This document shows positions 30,556-40,554 of a stretch of 64,000 nt of DNA, one piece after another. The translations under genes and the position numbers were made by a program. How positions within the stretch are numbered: position 1 is the first letter of the stretch; every line of letters begins with the position of its first letter. The notes beneath the pieces are model-generated. The model was not told the DNA's origin, ran no database searches, and saw only the letters and a program-made list of their open reading frames with translations. The stretch is taken from IMG/VR virus record IMGVR_UViG_3300023116_005307, positions 3,588 to 67,587 of that record, one strand, 5' to 3'. This DNA is from a virus.

Positions 30556-31559
30556 GCAGTATAGTATTTCCAAAGTGTTTGATAGGCAAAGAACCACAAG
30601 TAACATTTGACGGCTACGTTCTACCTTGTTGTTGGATGCCATACAGCAATACAACACTTTGGCACGATTATACCACACGAACAAATCCCTTTAAACGAGA
30701 AGACTTTAATTTATATAATAATGACTATAATGATATTGTAGGTAGTAACGAATGGATGGAAATGTTAAAGGTAACATACGAAGGCGATCCTCCTCTAAAG
30801 TGCAGCGAAGCATGTAAGTCATTTATAGTACAAGACGGTGTGCCTACTTCTGCTAATTCTAGACAGCCAAAGTTTGATCCTAATAAATCCGATGCACAAC
30901 AATTTTGGAGTTCACATAGTACAGACGAAGAATTATTTAGAAAACATATTATTCATCCAAAAAATCTAAATAAATTAAATTTAGAAGCAAGTAGTAGATG
31001 TACATTACAGTGTCCATATTGTTCAAGAGTTACAGAAAAAGAATATTTAAAAAAAGCAGATTTGTCAAAAGAAGTTATATATAAATTAATCAATGCAAGA
31101 CCTTGGGAAAAGATTACCGATTGTCCTAGATACAGCGATCCTATTTTTTATAAACATTTTGATTATATGTTAGATTGTATGAAAGACGCTAGGGTACAAG
31201 AATACAGGTTACATGTAGCAGCAACAGGTAAAGGAATTAGCTGGTGGGAAAAACGTATTGAGCAGTTTTTAAAATTAAAAAACATAGTAATTACATTTGG
31301 TATAGATGGATTAGAAGAAACTAGTAAAATACATAGGATAGGACAAGATTGGAATGAAATTTATACAGCACTTCAACTTTGCCAACAAGCAGGCCTAAAA
31401 ACTATTTGGCAATTCATACCGTTTAGTCATAACGAACATCAAATTAAAGAAGCACAAGAAAGAGCAAGTAAAATAGGATGTAATTTCAAATTAGTAGTAA
31501 GTAATAGATTTAAAGATAACGATCCTATGCGCCCTACTAATAAGGAGTACTACGCATGA
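30552..31559 (+). CDS. Radical SAM protein with N-terminal SPASM-like domain
   Basis: N-terminal PKC...DGYVLPCCW...C...C, core SSRCTLQCPYC, and FGIDGL. Confidence 0.85.
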   Translation: MSSIVFPKCLIGKEPQVTFDGYVLPCCWMPYSNTTLWHDYTTRTNPFKREDFNLYNNDYNDIVGSNEWMEMLKVTYEGDPPLKCSEACKSFIVQDGVPTSANSRQPKFDPNKSDAQQFWSSHSTDEELFRKHIIHPKNLNKLNLEASSRCTLQCPYCSRVTEKEYLKKADLSKEVIYKLINARPWEKITDCPRYSDPIFYKHFDYMLDCMKDARVQEYRLHVAATGKGISWWEKRIEQFLKLKNIVITFGIDGLEETSKIHRIGQDWNEIYTALQLCQQAGLKTIWQFIPFSHNEHQIKEAQERASKIGCNFKLVVSNRFKDNDPMRPTNKEYYA

Positions 31560-32155
31560 GTAGATATAAGTATTCTCGTTACTGGTTTAATAAAGGCCAA
31601 AAGGATTTTTGGGATAAAAACTGGCATAATCAAGGATGTCCTACAGATTTAAAATGCTTAGAAGTAGGATGCTTTGAAGGACAAGCATCTGTTTGGATAC
31701 TAGAAAATCTTGTAGGCGAAAAGGGCTCTTTTTATGCAATTGATTTTTTTCATAAAGAAGAAATGTTTGACAATAATATTAAAACTGCAAACAAAGAGCA
31801 TCTAATTAAAAAGATAAAAGGAGATGCAGTAGTTGAGATGTCTGCACTGTTAAAAAAACATGAATCTACTTTTGACTTTATCTACATTGATGCCAGTAAA
31901 CTTGCATCTGAAAACTGTTTTGCACTTTTGATTGCAGAAAGATTATTATCTGTAGGAGGAAAGATAGTAGTTGATGATTTTTTATGGCCTAGAAGTTATG
32001 GAGCAGACCCAAGAGAAAGTCCGAGATTGGGTGTTATACTATTTGAACAAATGTCTTTATTGTGTCAATCGGTTAAGCCCCCAAGTTTCTCACAATATTC
32101 TTTTCAAAAAGTACGAGAAACAAATTATTTTATAAAATTGAAAGCAGAGTTATGA
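31556..32155 (+). CDS. SAM-dependent methyltransferase (Methyltransf_24-like)
   Basis: LEVGCFEG, FDFIYIDA, GGKIVVDD. Confidence 0.85.
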   Translation: MSRYKYSRYWFNKGQKDFWDKNWHNQGCPTDLKCLEVGCFEGQASVWILENLVGEKGSFYAIDFFHKEEMFDNNIKTANKEHLIKKIKGDAVVEMSALLKKHESTFDFIYIDASKLASENCFALLIAERLLSVGGKIVVDDFLWPRSYGADPRESPRLGVILFEQMSLLCQSVKPPSFSQYSFQKVRETNYFIKLKAEL

Positions 32156-32715
32156 ATACAATACTTATAGACTGCGATGGAGTAATATTAGATTGGGAAA
32201 ATGGATTTCATTCATATATGGAATCTTTAGGCCATACAAAAAACAATAACGATGGATGGTTAGAATCTCAGTATGATTTAGATCAGTCTGTAGTTAGGAA
32301 ACATATTAGAGAATTTAATCAAAGCAATTGTATTGAAGATTTAGTTTCTATAGAAGATGCCGTATATTATATGCAGGAATTGAAAAAACTGAATTATAAA
32401 TTTGTATGTATTACAAGTCTTAGTCTTGACAATTCTATACAAGAAAGACGTTTAAAAAACTTTGAAAAACTATTTGGCCAAGATTTTTTTGAGGATATAA
32501 TCTTTTTAGATACTTATAGTCCTAAAGATGATATATTAAAAAAATATGCCAACACAGGCTATTGGTGGATAGAAGACAACATAAGTAATGCTGTAGTAGG
32601 CAAAAGTCTAGGCTTGCGGTCTATACTTTTTAATAAATCCGCAGAGGGTTTGTTGTCTGTGTCTAACTGGAAAGAATTATATTGGACAATAGTAGAAGAT
32701 GAGCAACTTTACTGA
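32152..32715 (+). CDS. HAD-family phosphatase (T4 gp30.2-like / 5'-nucleotidase)
   Basis: ILIDCDGVILDW (motif I), ITSL, and WIED. Confidence 0.8.
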   Translation: MNTILIDCDGVILDWENGFHSYMESLGHTKNNNDGWLESQYDLDQSVVRKHIREFNQSNCIEDLVSIEDAVYYMQELKKLNYKFVCITSLSLDNSIQERRLKNFEKLFGQDFFEDIIFLDTYSPKDDILKKYANTGYWWIEDNISNAVVGKSLGLRSILFNKSAEGLLSVSNWKELYWTIVEDEQLY

Positions 32716-33727
32716 ATTAGATTTTTTACCTAAGTATGATTTATTACAAGAATTAAAAGTATTAGAAGATAAACTAGATTGGGGTAAACTAAATCAAATA
32801 TGTATTAATACATTAGCAGACGATCCTGACAATTATCATATAGGTGCAGGTAGTCTTTATTTGAATTGGCAAAAAGCTAGAGATGGAAACGTAAGCTGGG
32901 CACTTAAAGAAAACCCTCCTCAAGAAAGTGATTTTGTAGAAATTGCATCTGTATTTAAAAACACACTCTTCGAAAAAATAATAAATGATTTAAAAAACTA
33001 CTATGAAATTGGCCGAGTGCGTATAATGCGTAGTAATCCAAAAACTACACTTACTTGGCACAAAGACGACACAATAAGATTGCACTATCCTCTAGAAACA
33101 TTTGACGGGTGTTTCATGATTATAGGTAATGATATAAAAAAACTTGAAGTCGGAAAATGGTATGAAACTAACACTTTAGTACATCATACTGCATTTAATG
33201 GTAGTACGGAACGTAGAATACATCTAGTCGTAAATGTAATCAAAAAGAAAATACCAAACAATATTATTATTACAGGACATACTAACGGGTTAGGAAAACT
33301 AATACACAGTTACTTTCTTTGCGACGGCATAAGCAGATCAACAGGACACGATATTTCAGATGTTGATAAAATTGTAGAAATTGTTAAAAACTATAATACT
33401 TTTATTAATAATGCAAATGACAGCGATTTACAATATCAAATATGCAAGAAGTTATGGAACATATGGAAAGATGATCCTAACAAAAAGATTATTAATATAG
33501 GTAGCAGAGCTAAAGATTTTATAAAAGCAGAATACGGATTAAACAAAAATATACTAAGTCAATTTACAAAATATGCCAACTTCAATGGTAAGTGTAAAGT
33601 AAGTTGCATAAATTTTGGTTATACCAGCAAATTAACAGAACAGCAAATACTTCAAACATTAGAATTTGTTTTAGGTAGTGACACAGTTGTTGAAGAAATA
33701 ACGTTATTTGGAACAGAAGATGACTAA
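32699..33727 (+). CDS. Fusion: Asp/Asn beta-hydroxylase-like 2OG-Fe(II) domain + short SDR-like domain
   Basis: N-half GRVRIM...WHKD...RLH...HTAFN...RIHLV. C-half IIITGHTNGLG...FINNA...IINIGS...YGLNK (YxxxK). Confidence 0.75.
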   Translation: MSNFTELDFLPKYDLLQELKVLEDKLDWGKLNQICINTLADDPDNYHIGAGSLYLNWQKARDGNVSWALKENPPQESDFVEIASVFKNTLFEKIINDLKNYYEIGRVRIMRSNPKTTLTWHKDDTIRLHYPLETFDGCFMIIGNDIKKLEVGKWYETNTLVHHTAFNGSTERRIHLVVNVIKKKIPNNIIITGHTNGLGKLIHSYFLCDGISRSTGHDISDVDKIVEIVKNYNTFINNANDSDLQYQICKKLWNIWKDDPNKKIINIGSRAKDFIKAEYGLNKNILSQFTKYANFNGKCKVSCINFGYTSKLTEQQILQTLEFVLGSDTVVEEITLFGTEDD

Positions 33728-34436
33728 TATTATAACTATTAAGTGGGGAACAAAGTATAGTAGCGATTATGCTAACAAAATCTTTTTATCATGTAAAGAG
33801 AAATGTAGTTTTGATTTTACATTTTATTGTGTAACTGACGACCAAGAAGGACTTGACCCCGGAATAGTTGCATTACCTATGCCAACTCATAGTAATTTGA
33901 ACTATTATAGTTACATCAACGAACATTTAGAAAATAAAACTCTAATGTGGGACAGACCTAAATTATATTTGTTTACAGACTTTGAACAATATTTTGAAGG
34001 TACAAATATATTTTTAGATTTAGATGCACAAGTAAATGAAGATTTGTATTATCTTACAACATTGCCAACTGACAAACCATGGATTATAGACATGTACTGG
34101 AAGCTCAATTGGAAAGAAAACTGGGATAAATTGTGGAATGGAAGAATCAATTCTAGTATTATTGTTTGGCGTGATAATCAATGTAAAGAAATTACAGAAC
34201 GTGTTTTAGATAATGCACAAGAAAATTTTTCTAAATATGCAACTATAGATACGTTTATGGGATATGAGGTTGTAGATTATAAGGATTATAATAATACATT
34301 CTTTAATTTTTTACCAGGGTTTGTTTGTTGTTTAGGAAAACGTCATACACCCGCACCTGGCGAATTTTTAATTACACTATGGAGTAATAGTTTCGGTGCA
34401 AGACACGGCGGCGTTCCTAAGGTACCCGGCGTATGA
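33720..34436 (+). CDS. GT-A glycosyltransferase (GT8-like)
   Basis: IITIKWGTKYS...FYCVTDD...W...KL.LF...IFLDLD...NSSIIVW. Confidence 0.7.
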   Translation: MTNIITIKWGTKYSSDYANKIFLSCKEKCSFDFTFYCVTDDQEGLDPGIVALPMPTHSNLNYYSYINEHLENKTLMWDRPKLYLFTDFEQYFEGTNIFLDLDAQVNEDLYYLTTLPTDKPWIIDMYWKLNWKENWDKLWNGRINSSIIVWRDNQCKEITERVLDNAQENFSKYATIDTFMGYEVVDYKDYNNTFFNFLPGFVCCLGKRHTPAPGEFLITLWSNSFGARHGGVPKVPGV

Positions 34437-34990
34437 AAATAGAAACTATACAAGACAAACACTTAGACATGTTACAAGAATTTTGTAATACATGCAAAGA
34501 ACTAGGATATGAAAATAATTCTAGTTTCCGTGCAATGAAATTACTTTGGTGTAAGATAGAAGGCGAATATTGGTGTGCAGTAAAAGATCACAAGATTATT
34601 GCTGTAGCAGGCTGTCATCCGTTGCCTGAAGTAAGTCCTAATGCTTGGCGTATTATGTTTAGAGGATGCGAACTTCCTGGAAACGATACATTTAAAGGAT
34701 TAGGCAAAGGAGATTGGAATAGTATCACACAACGTGAATTTATTCCTCTAATGGTAGAATATATACCAAGTGACGAATTGTATATTACTACAAACACAAA
34801 ACATGAACATTCTAATGGCAAGGCAGCACGTAATCATAGGTTGATGGGTCTTTTAGCAAAGCAGAGAATACTTGACAATTGTGGCAATCTAGTGTTATAC
34901 TATACTGAGCAGACATTATGGAGACTTAATATAGACGAGTATACCAAACGTAGAGAAAGGATTATAGGGAAGTATGTGGTGGAATCCTAA
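34433..34990 (+). CDS. Hypothetical protein, possible GNAT-fold acyltransferase
   Basis: IIAVAGCH...WRIMFRG pattern resembles GNAT strands (weak). Confidence 0.45.
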   Translation: MKIETIQDKHLDMLQEFCNTCKELGYENNSSFRAMKLLWCKIEGEYWCAVKDHKIIAVAGCHPLPEVSPNAWRIMFRGCELPGNDTFKGLGKGDWNSITQREFIPLMVEYIPSDELYITTNTKHEHSNGKAARNHRLMGLLAKQRILDNCGNLVLYYTEQTLWRLNIDEYTKRRERIIGKYVVES

Positions 34991-35231
34991 ACATTTACAA
35001 GAAGCAAAAATAAAAGCTGGCCGACCAGATGCTGGCTATTTCTGGCACTTTCGATTAGCACTAGGAGAATTTTTCTTTCTGTTGTTTGTTACAATAGGAA
35101 GTTTAATACACGCAATTTTTCCTTGGGTACTTGATTTTAAATTACTTGAATGGCGGATAAACCGCTTAAAAGCACTCAAAGAAAAATTGCCAGACGACCC
35201 TCAATTAAGAAAGGTACATTTTGATGATTGA
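34974..35231 (+). CDS. Small membrane protein (DUF6356-like)
   Basis: HL.E...YFWHFRLAL...IHAIFPW pattern with one hydrophobic helix. Confidence 0.6.
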   Translation: MWWNPKHLQEAKIKAGRPDAGYFWHFRLALGEFFFLLFVTIGSLIHAIFPWVLDFKLLEWRINRLKALKEKLPDDPQLRKVHFDD

Positions 35232-36048
35232 TAATTTAATTTGCTGGCACAACGGAAAATACATTGCAATAAAACACGTGAACGTAAGTATTTTAGATTT
35301 TGGATTTATACATTCAGATGCAACATACGATGTCATGAAAACATCAAATGGAAAAATATTGTTTTATGATAAGCATTTAACACGATATCAAGAAAGTTGT
35401 GAGTATTTTGGATTTGACTCTATAGACAATATTGATGAAATTGTAAAAGAGTTATTAGATATTAATAAAATAGAAAACGCATTTGTTTGGGTATGTAATT
35501 GGAGAGGAACACCGCCTAGTGGTTCTCCTAGAGATATGTCAGCTCCTGAACATAGAGTTGTTTATATTAAACCATACTACAGTATAGCTGATAGTGCAGT
35601 ATCTTTAGGCGTGTTTGAAGAAAATAAACGAACTCCTGATACTAGTATTCCTCAAAAATACAAAAACTTTGGTTGGATAGAACTAACAAAAGCACAAAAA
35701 TATGCAGATAGTAATAGCTTTGATAGTGCCTTACTTATAGATTCAAACAACAATATTACAGAAGGCCCAGGTTTTGGTGTTTGTTTTGTAGACAACAACA
35801 TTGTTTATACACCTAAAGAAAATTGCTTAGGTAGTGTAACTATACAAGTGGTAGAAGACATGTGCAAACAAAATAATATACAGTTTATTAGAACAAATAT
35901 TAATAAAAATTTAGTTAATAAAATGGAAGAATGTTTTATATGCAGTACAAGTGGAGGCATTACTCCTGTAAAGTCTATCGAAGATATAGAATTTAAAAGT
36001 AATGAACTTACGAAAAGACTTATAGATTTATTTGAGAAACAAGAATGA
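35224..36048 (+). CDS. PLP-dependent class IV aminotransferase (IlvE/D-amino-acid transaminase-like)
   Basis: VSILDFGFIHSDATYD, HLTR, K.F.W, ITEGPGFG, LGSVT, and FICSTSGGITPV. Confidence 0.85.
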   Translation: MIDNLICWHNGKYIAIKHVNVSILDFGFIHSDATYDVMKTSNGKILFYDKHLTRYQESCEYFGFDSIDNIDEIVKELLDINKIENAFVWVCNWRGTPPSGSPRDMSAPEHRVVYIKPYYSIADSAVSLGVFEENKRTPDTSIPQKYKNFGWIELTKAQKYADSNSFDSALLIDSNNNITEGPGFGVCFVDNNIVYTPKENCLGSVTIQVVEDMCKQNNIQFIRTNINKNLVNKMEECFICSTSGGITPVKSIEDIEFKSNELTKRLIDLFEKQE

Positions 36049-37064
36049 AATATTTAGATTATAATGACGTTTTAATAAACCCAAAACCTAGTAGTAAGCC
36101 TATTACTCGTAAAGATGTTGATATTAAAATTCAACATAAAAACGATAAAGTAACTCCTATTGTTATCGCCAACATGCTAAGTACAGGCACTTATAAGATC
36201 GCCAATTTAATGACAGACAATGGTGTTCTTACATTCTTACATAAAGAATATAAAGCAAAAGAGCATCTAGAAAATTTAGAAAAATTAAGACATACTCGTT
36301 ATGTTGGTATTACTAGTGGAGTACAATCTTGGGATAAAGAAAAAACAATAGAAGTATTATCTCAAATTCCTGTTGGATTTATTAATGTTGATATTGCAAA
36401 TGTATATGCAAATGTACAAGGCATGATTGATACTATTAAACTATACAAAGATAAATTTCCTGACACAACTATTGTTGCCGGTAATGTTTGTAATACATTA
36501 GTTTTAGATGAATTAGTTGCCGCAGGAGCAGACGTTATAAAAATAGGTGTAGGACCCGGTGCAGCTTGCAAAACACGTTCAGAGGTTGGTGTAGGTGTAC
36601 CACAATTCAGCGCAGTTCAAGAAGTAAGCAAACAAGCAAAAGAGCTCGGAGTAAAAACAATTGCCGACGGTGGATGTGTAACAAGCGGTGATGTATGTAA
36701 AGCAATAGCAGCAGGCGCCGATATGGTTATGATTGCAGGCATGGTTTCAGGATCTGAAGAATGTGACAATGTTGTTGAGATAGATGGCAAGAAATATGTA
36801 AATTTTTATGGCCTTGGTAGTAATAAAATGTACAGTATTAATAAGCCAACTGAAGCTGAGTACCGTCCAAATGAAGGTAGAGACTTATTAATTCCTGTTA
36901 CAGAAAGTATTCTTAAACCAATAAATCAAATTAAAGGTGCTCTACGTAGTGTCTGTACTTATGTAGGTGTAGACAACATAAGTGATCTAAGTAGTGCTGC
37001 TGATTTTATCGAAGTCAAGCATCAAATCAATACAAGTTTGGCCAGGTACGAAATAGATGGATGA
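36045..37064 (+). CDS. guaC: GMP reductase (IMPDH/GMPR family)
   Basis: LDYNDVLI.P, ANM, VDIAN, VAGNV, KIGVGPGAACKTR...GVGVPQ, IADGG, and GALRSVCTYVG. No CBS domains. Confidence 0.8.
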   Translation: MKYLDYNDVLINPKPSSKPITRKDVDIKIQHKNDKVTPIVIANMLSTGTYKIANLMTDNGVLTFLHKEYKAKEHLENLEKLRHTRYVGITSGVQSWDKEKTIEVLSQIPVGFINVDIANVYANVQGMIDTIKLYKDKFPDTTIVAGNVCNTLVLDELVAAGADVIKIGVGPGAACKTRSEVGVGVPQFSAVQEVSKQAKELGVKTIADGGCVTSGDVCKAIAAGADMVMIAGMVSGSEECDNVVEIDGKKYVNFYGLGSNKMYSINKPTEAEYRPNEGRDLLIPVTESILKPINQIKGALRSVCTYVGVDNISDLSSAADFIEVKHQINTSLARYEIDG

Positions 37065-37845
37065 TTTTATATGTGTAACAGTAGTAGCTATAGACAATGA
37101 AAAAAGACAACGTAACTATGATTTTTTAAAAAGGTACTATAAAGATAATAACATACCTCATACTTTTATCAAATCAGAATCGAGTGATTATTTACATTTA
37201 CAAAAAATATATAACGATTTTTACAAAAAAAGTGCTCATAAAATAATTGTTAAATATGATGTTGATTGTATTATAGATGTAAACAATTTAAAACTAGGTG
37301 TAGACACCTTAAAGAAGCATCCAAAGTCTTTTGTTTATCCGTTTGATCAAGTTGTTTATATAGATCCTGATAGGTACGAATCTAATTATGATTCTTATGA
37401 AAAAGAAGAAGTTTTAAGGAATATCAAAGGATGGCCAGAAGGCCTCACACTAAAAAACCTTACTAGCTATATTGTAGGGGAAAGAAATTTCAAAGGATTG
37501 GATACTATAAACTTTAAAGAAATGGATTATGCTAGCCCATTAGGTTATAGTTATATGTTTAACTTTGATACATATAACATTGCAGGTTTAGATAACGAGT
37601 ATCTTTTAGATTTTAATTTCGATGATCTAGAGAGATATCATAGGTTAAGGACCTTAGATTACAACATAGTGCATTTACCTGGAAAGGCCTTTCATATGGA
37701 TCATTCTAACGGAGAGATAGGAGCGAAACATAGAAATAATAAACAATTCATTGTTCAAAATGCATATGAGTATTTTAAAATAATTAATCTTGATAAACAA
37801 GAATTAGAAGCATATATTAAAACATGGCCTTGGATAAAAAATTAA
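37057..37845 (+). CDS. Glycosyltransferase (GT2/GT7 galactosyltransferase-like)
   Basis: R.RN, YDVDCI (DxD), AGLDNE...DDLERY.R...FHMDH. Confidence 0.7.
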   Translation: MDDFICVTVVAIDNEKRQRNYDFLKRYYKDNNIPHTFIKSESSDYLHLQKIYNDFYKKSAHKIIVKYDVDCIIDVNNLKLGVDTLKKHPKSFVYPFDQVVYIDPDRYESNYDSYEKEEVLRNIKGWPEGLTLKNLTSYIVGERNFKGLDTINFKEMDYASPLGYSYMFNFDTYNIAGLDNEYLLDFNFDDLERYHRLRTLDYNIVHLPGKAFHMDHSNGEIGAKHRNNKQFIVQNAYEYFKIINLDKQELEAYIKTWPWIKN

Positions 37846-38438
37846 ATATAGGTGTATCTGAGTATAATTCTATACCTGATTTCTTAAATATTGGAATAGA
37901 ATTTACGCATAAAGGAATAATAGAAAAGGACGGTAAACGTATGCTAAGGCATGATGTTACACAACCCTTTCCTATTTCTGACGAAAGTGTAGAATTTATA
38001 TATGCAAGTCATATTGTAGAGCATCTATCTATAGAAGATTTTCATTTTTTCTTAAAAGAATGCTATAGAATTTTACATTCCGGCGGAGTTCTTAGAATAG
38101 TATGTCCTGATTTACAAAAATGGATATCTGCATACATCAACAAAGACAAATCTTTTTTTAATAGGTATAGAGATATTTTAAAACAAAATATCGGAAGGCC
38201 TTGGAATACTATAAGTACAGACTTGATGTTTACTGATACTGATATTTTTGTAAATAGTTTACATAATTGGAATCATAAGTGGGCATTTGATTTTGAAAGT
38301 ATAAGGCGTCATCTATCTAGTTGTGGGTTTGATAACATCATAAATACTTCGTATAGAAATAGTGCTTATGATGATATAGGTACTATAGAACCAGAATTTC
38401 ATAAATTAGAATCTTTATACGTTGAGGTAAAAAAATAA
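37824..38438 (+). CDS. SAM-dependent methyltransferase (Methyltransf_11-like)
   Basis: KLNIG...HDVTQPFP...IYASHIVEHL...ECYRIL..GGVLRIVCPD...HKWAFD. Confidence 0.85.
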   Translation: MALDKKLNIGVSEYNSIPDFLNIGIEFTHKGIIEKDGKRMLRHDVTQPFPISDESVEFIYASHIVEHLSIEDFHFFLKECYRILHSGGVLRIVCPDLQKWISAYINKDKSFFNRYRDILKQNIGRPWNTISTDLMFTDTDIFVNSLHNWNHKWAFDFESIRRHLSSCGFDNIINTSYRNSAYDDIGTIEPEFHKLESLYVEVKK

Positions 38439-39985
38439 TGAAAAGAATTGCTTTATGCCAGTTACCTGGGATGGATTTACGAGCCCCTAGTCAAGGTATT
38501 GCTGTGCTGAAAGCTATTGCTCAATCCAAAGGAGTGGATGCAAAATGTTTTGATCTAAATATTGCAGTTTGGAATGATTTAGTTGATCATGGATATGGTT
38601 ATTTATGGGCCGATTGGAGCATAGAATTTGCATACGCTTTATTAGATGATAAAAAGTTTCATAGTATCCAAGATACTAAGTATGACGAAGAAACAAAAAA
38701 TACATTATTAGAAAAAATTTATTATCATTTAGAAAAGGTTATTACTGATTATAAACCTACAGTCATCGGTTTTAGTCTCTTTAGTATAGTACAAGAACAC
38801 ACTGCAAGAATCCTAATTAAATATATGAAAGAAATGCATCCGAATATAGAAATAATTATCGGCGGACCGGCGTTACGACATTATCATGAAGAAAGTTTGC
38901 CAACTGATATTTTAGAAATGGTTGATCATTATTTTATAGGAGACGCAGAACAAAGCTTTGTAAAATATTTAGATAATGTATTGTATTTTGGAGGCTTAAA
39001 CAATACTAATGTAAATATGAATTTTGATAGAAATGGATGGCCACCTCCGGATTACAGAGATTTTCAGTTTGGCATTTATCCTAAAGATTGGAGAAATCCT
39101 AGCGTACGATCATCAAATGAAGGTACAATATATCTTACTGGATCAAAAGGCTGTGTGAGGGCGTGTGAGTTTTGCGATGTCCATAAAATTTGGCCTAAAT
39201 TTCATCAAAAAGAAGTAGATACAGTCATGCGTGATATTAAAAGTATACGTGAATATTACGAATTTAGAAATATATTTTTTACAGACAGTTTAATCAATGG
39301 CAATAATAAATTTATTAAACAACTTTCTGAAAGAATTATTGAAGAATTTGGAGAGAAGCCATTTAGTTGGAGCGGACAGTGGATATGTAAAAGTAAAAAT
39401 AGTTTTACTGAAGAATATTTTGCAATTGCCGCAAAAGCAGGATTGAATCAAATTATAGTAGGAATTGAAAGCGGAAGTGAAAAAGTCCGTTGGGAGATGA
39501 ATAAAAAGTTTTATAATGAGGATATACAATTTACACTAGAAATGTGTAGAAAGTATAATATTCTTTTTATTCCGCTAATGATATGTGGATATCCTACAGA
39601 AACAGATGATGATTTCAATCAAACTCTAGAATTAGCTGACAAATTTATTGAATATAAAGATGTAGTTAGGCCAACTTGTATTAATATGATGATGTTATTA
39701 CCTGGTACTAATGTAACAATAGATCACGAAAAGTATAAAATAGCTGATATAACTTATGCTGAAGTAGATGCGGGTTATACTCCTCTAGATCAAAGCTGGT
39801 CGTGTAATGATAATACTTACGCTAAAAGGATTGAAAGGTTTTATCAATATCAATATAAAATAAAAAAGGCAGGAATGGGCTTAGGACATGTTAAGAGAAA
39901 AACACTTAAAAGAGATTACTTACAATTAGTAGATATACCTGATTCAGAAATATTAGAAATGATCGATTTTGTCCATTCTACATAA
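38438..39985 (+). CDS. Cobalamin-binding (class B) radical SAM protein
   Basis: N-terminal B12-binding region (IGFSLF, IIIGGP, GDAE), SKGCVRACEFC, FTDSLING, GIESGSE, GYPTET. Confidence 0.9.
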   Translation: MKRIALCQLPGMDLRAPSQGIAVLKAIAQSKGVDAKCFDLNIAVWNDLVDHGYGYLWADWSIEFAYALLDDKKFHSIQDTKYDEETKNTLLEKIYYHLEKVITDYKPTVIGFSLFSIVQEHTARILIKYMKEMHPNIEIIIGGPALRHYHEESLPTDILEMVDHYFIGDAEQSFVKYLDNVLYFGGLNNTNVNMNFDRNGWPPPDYRDFQFGIYPKDWRNPSVRSSNEGTIYLTGSKGCVRACEFCDVHKIWPKFHQKEVDTVMRDIKSIREYYEFRNIFFTDSLINGNNKFIKQLSERIIEEFGEKPFSWSGQWICKSKNSFTEEYFAIAAKAGLNQIIVGIESGSEKVRWEMNKKFYNEDIQFTLEMCRKYNILFIPLMICGYPTETDDDFNQTLELADKFIEYKDVVRPTCINMMMLLPGTNVTIDHEKYKIADITYAEVDAGYTPLDQSWSCNDNTYAKRIERFYQYQYKIKKAGMGLGHVKRKTLKRDYLQLVDIPDSEILEMIDFVHST

Positions 39986-40002
39986 AACCTTAGGTGTTCT
40001 TA

Positions 40003-40554
40003 ATGTCTAGATTAAGCTGGAATAAAAAACTTGATGTAGTTGACGAAATGAAAGATTATATGAACGAGCTTATGCAGAATAAAGAAAGCGATCGTTTATT
40101 TAATTCTTATTTAGGTTGGTTGCAAACAAATCTAAAAAATATCCTTTCAACTATAGAATACCCTAACGGCATGTTTGTTTATGCCGGAGCATGGAATAAA
40201 GATTTTGTAGATGTATTTGTTAATAGTGTAAAACATAATAATTTTGTTGCCTTTGATATTTTTCAGTATTACAAAAATGATTATACAAAGATCATTGACA
40301 TAAGAGAAATTAGCCCTGATCATGAATATAATTTTGCATGTAATGTTTTTTATAATGGGTTAGGTAGCTGGATACATAATAGGGGAAGTAAAATTGCCGG
40401 ATATGAGTATGCAAAAAGAAATTTAGTTAAAGGTGGTCTTTATATCGATAATAGATATTTTTTTGAAAGTAAAATTGATGCTAGTGAACATGATAAGTAT
40501 TTTACAGAAGAATTATTTGTAACACCAAAAGTAGTTATATATAGAAAACGTTAA
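40003..40554 (+). CDS. Hypothetical protein (degenerate methyltransferase-like)
   Basis: VYAGAW...VAFDI...LVKGGLYI pattern. Confidence 0.5.
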   Translation: MSRLSWNKKLDVVDEMKDYMNELMQNKESDRLFNSYLGWLQTNLKNILSTIEYPNGMFVYAGAWNKDFVDVFVNSVKHNNFVAFDIFQYYKNDYTKIIDIREISPDHEYNFACNVFYNGLGSWIHNRGSKIAGYEYAKRNLVKGGLYIDNRYFFESKIDASEHDKYFTEELFVTPKVVIYRKR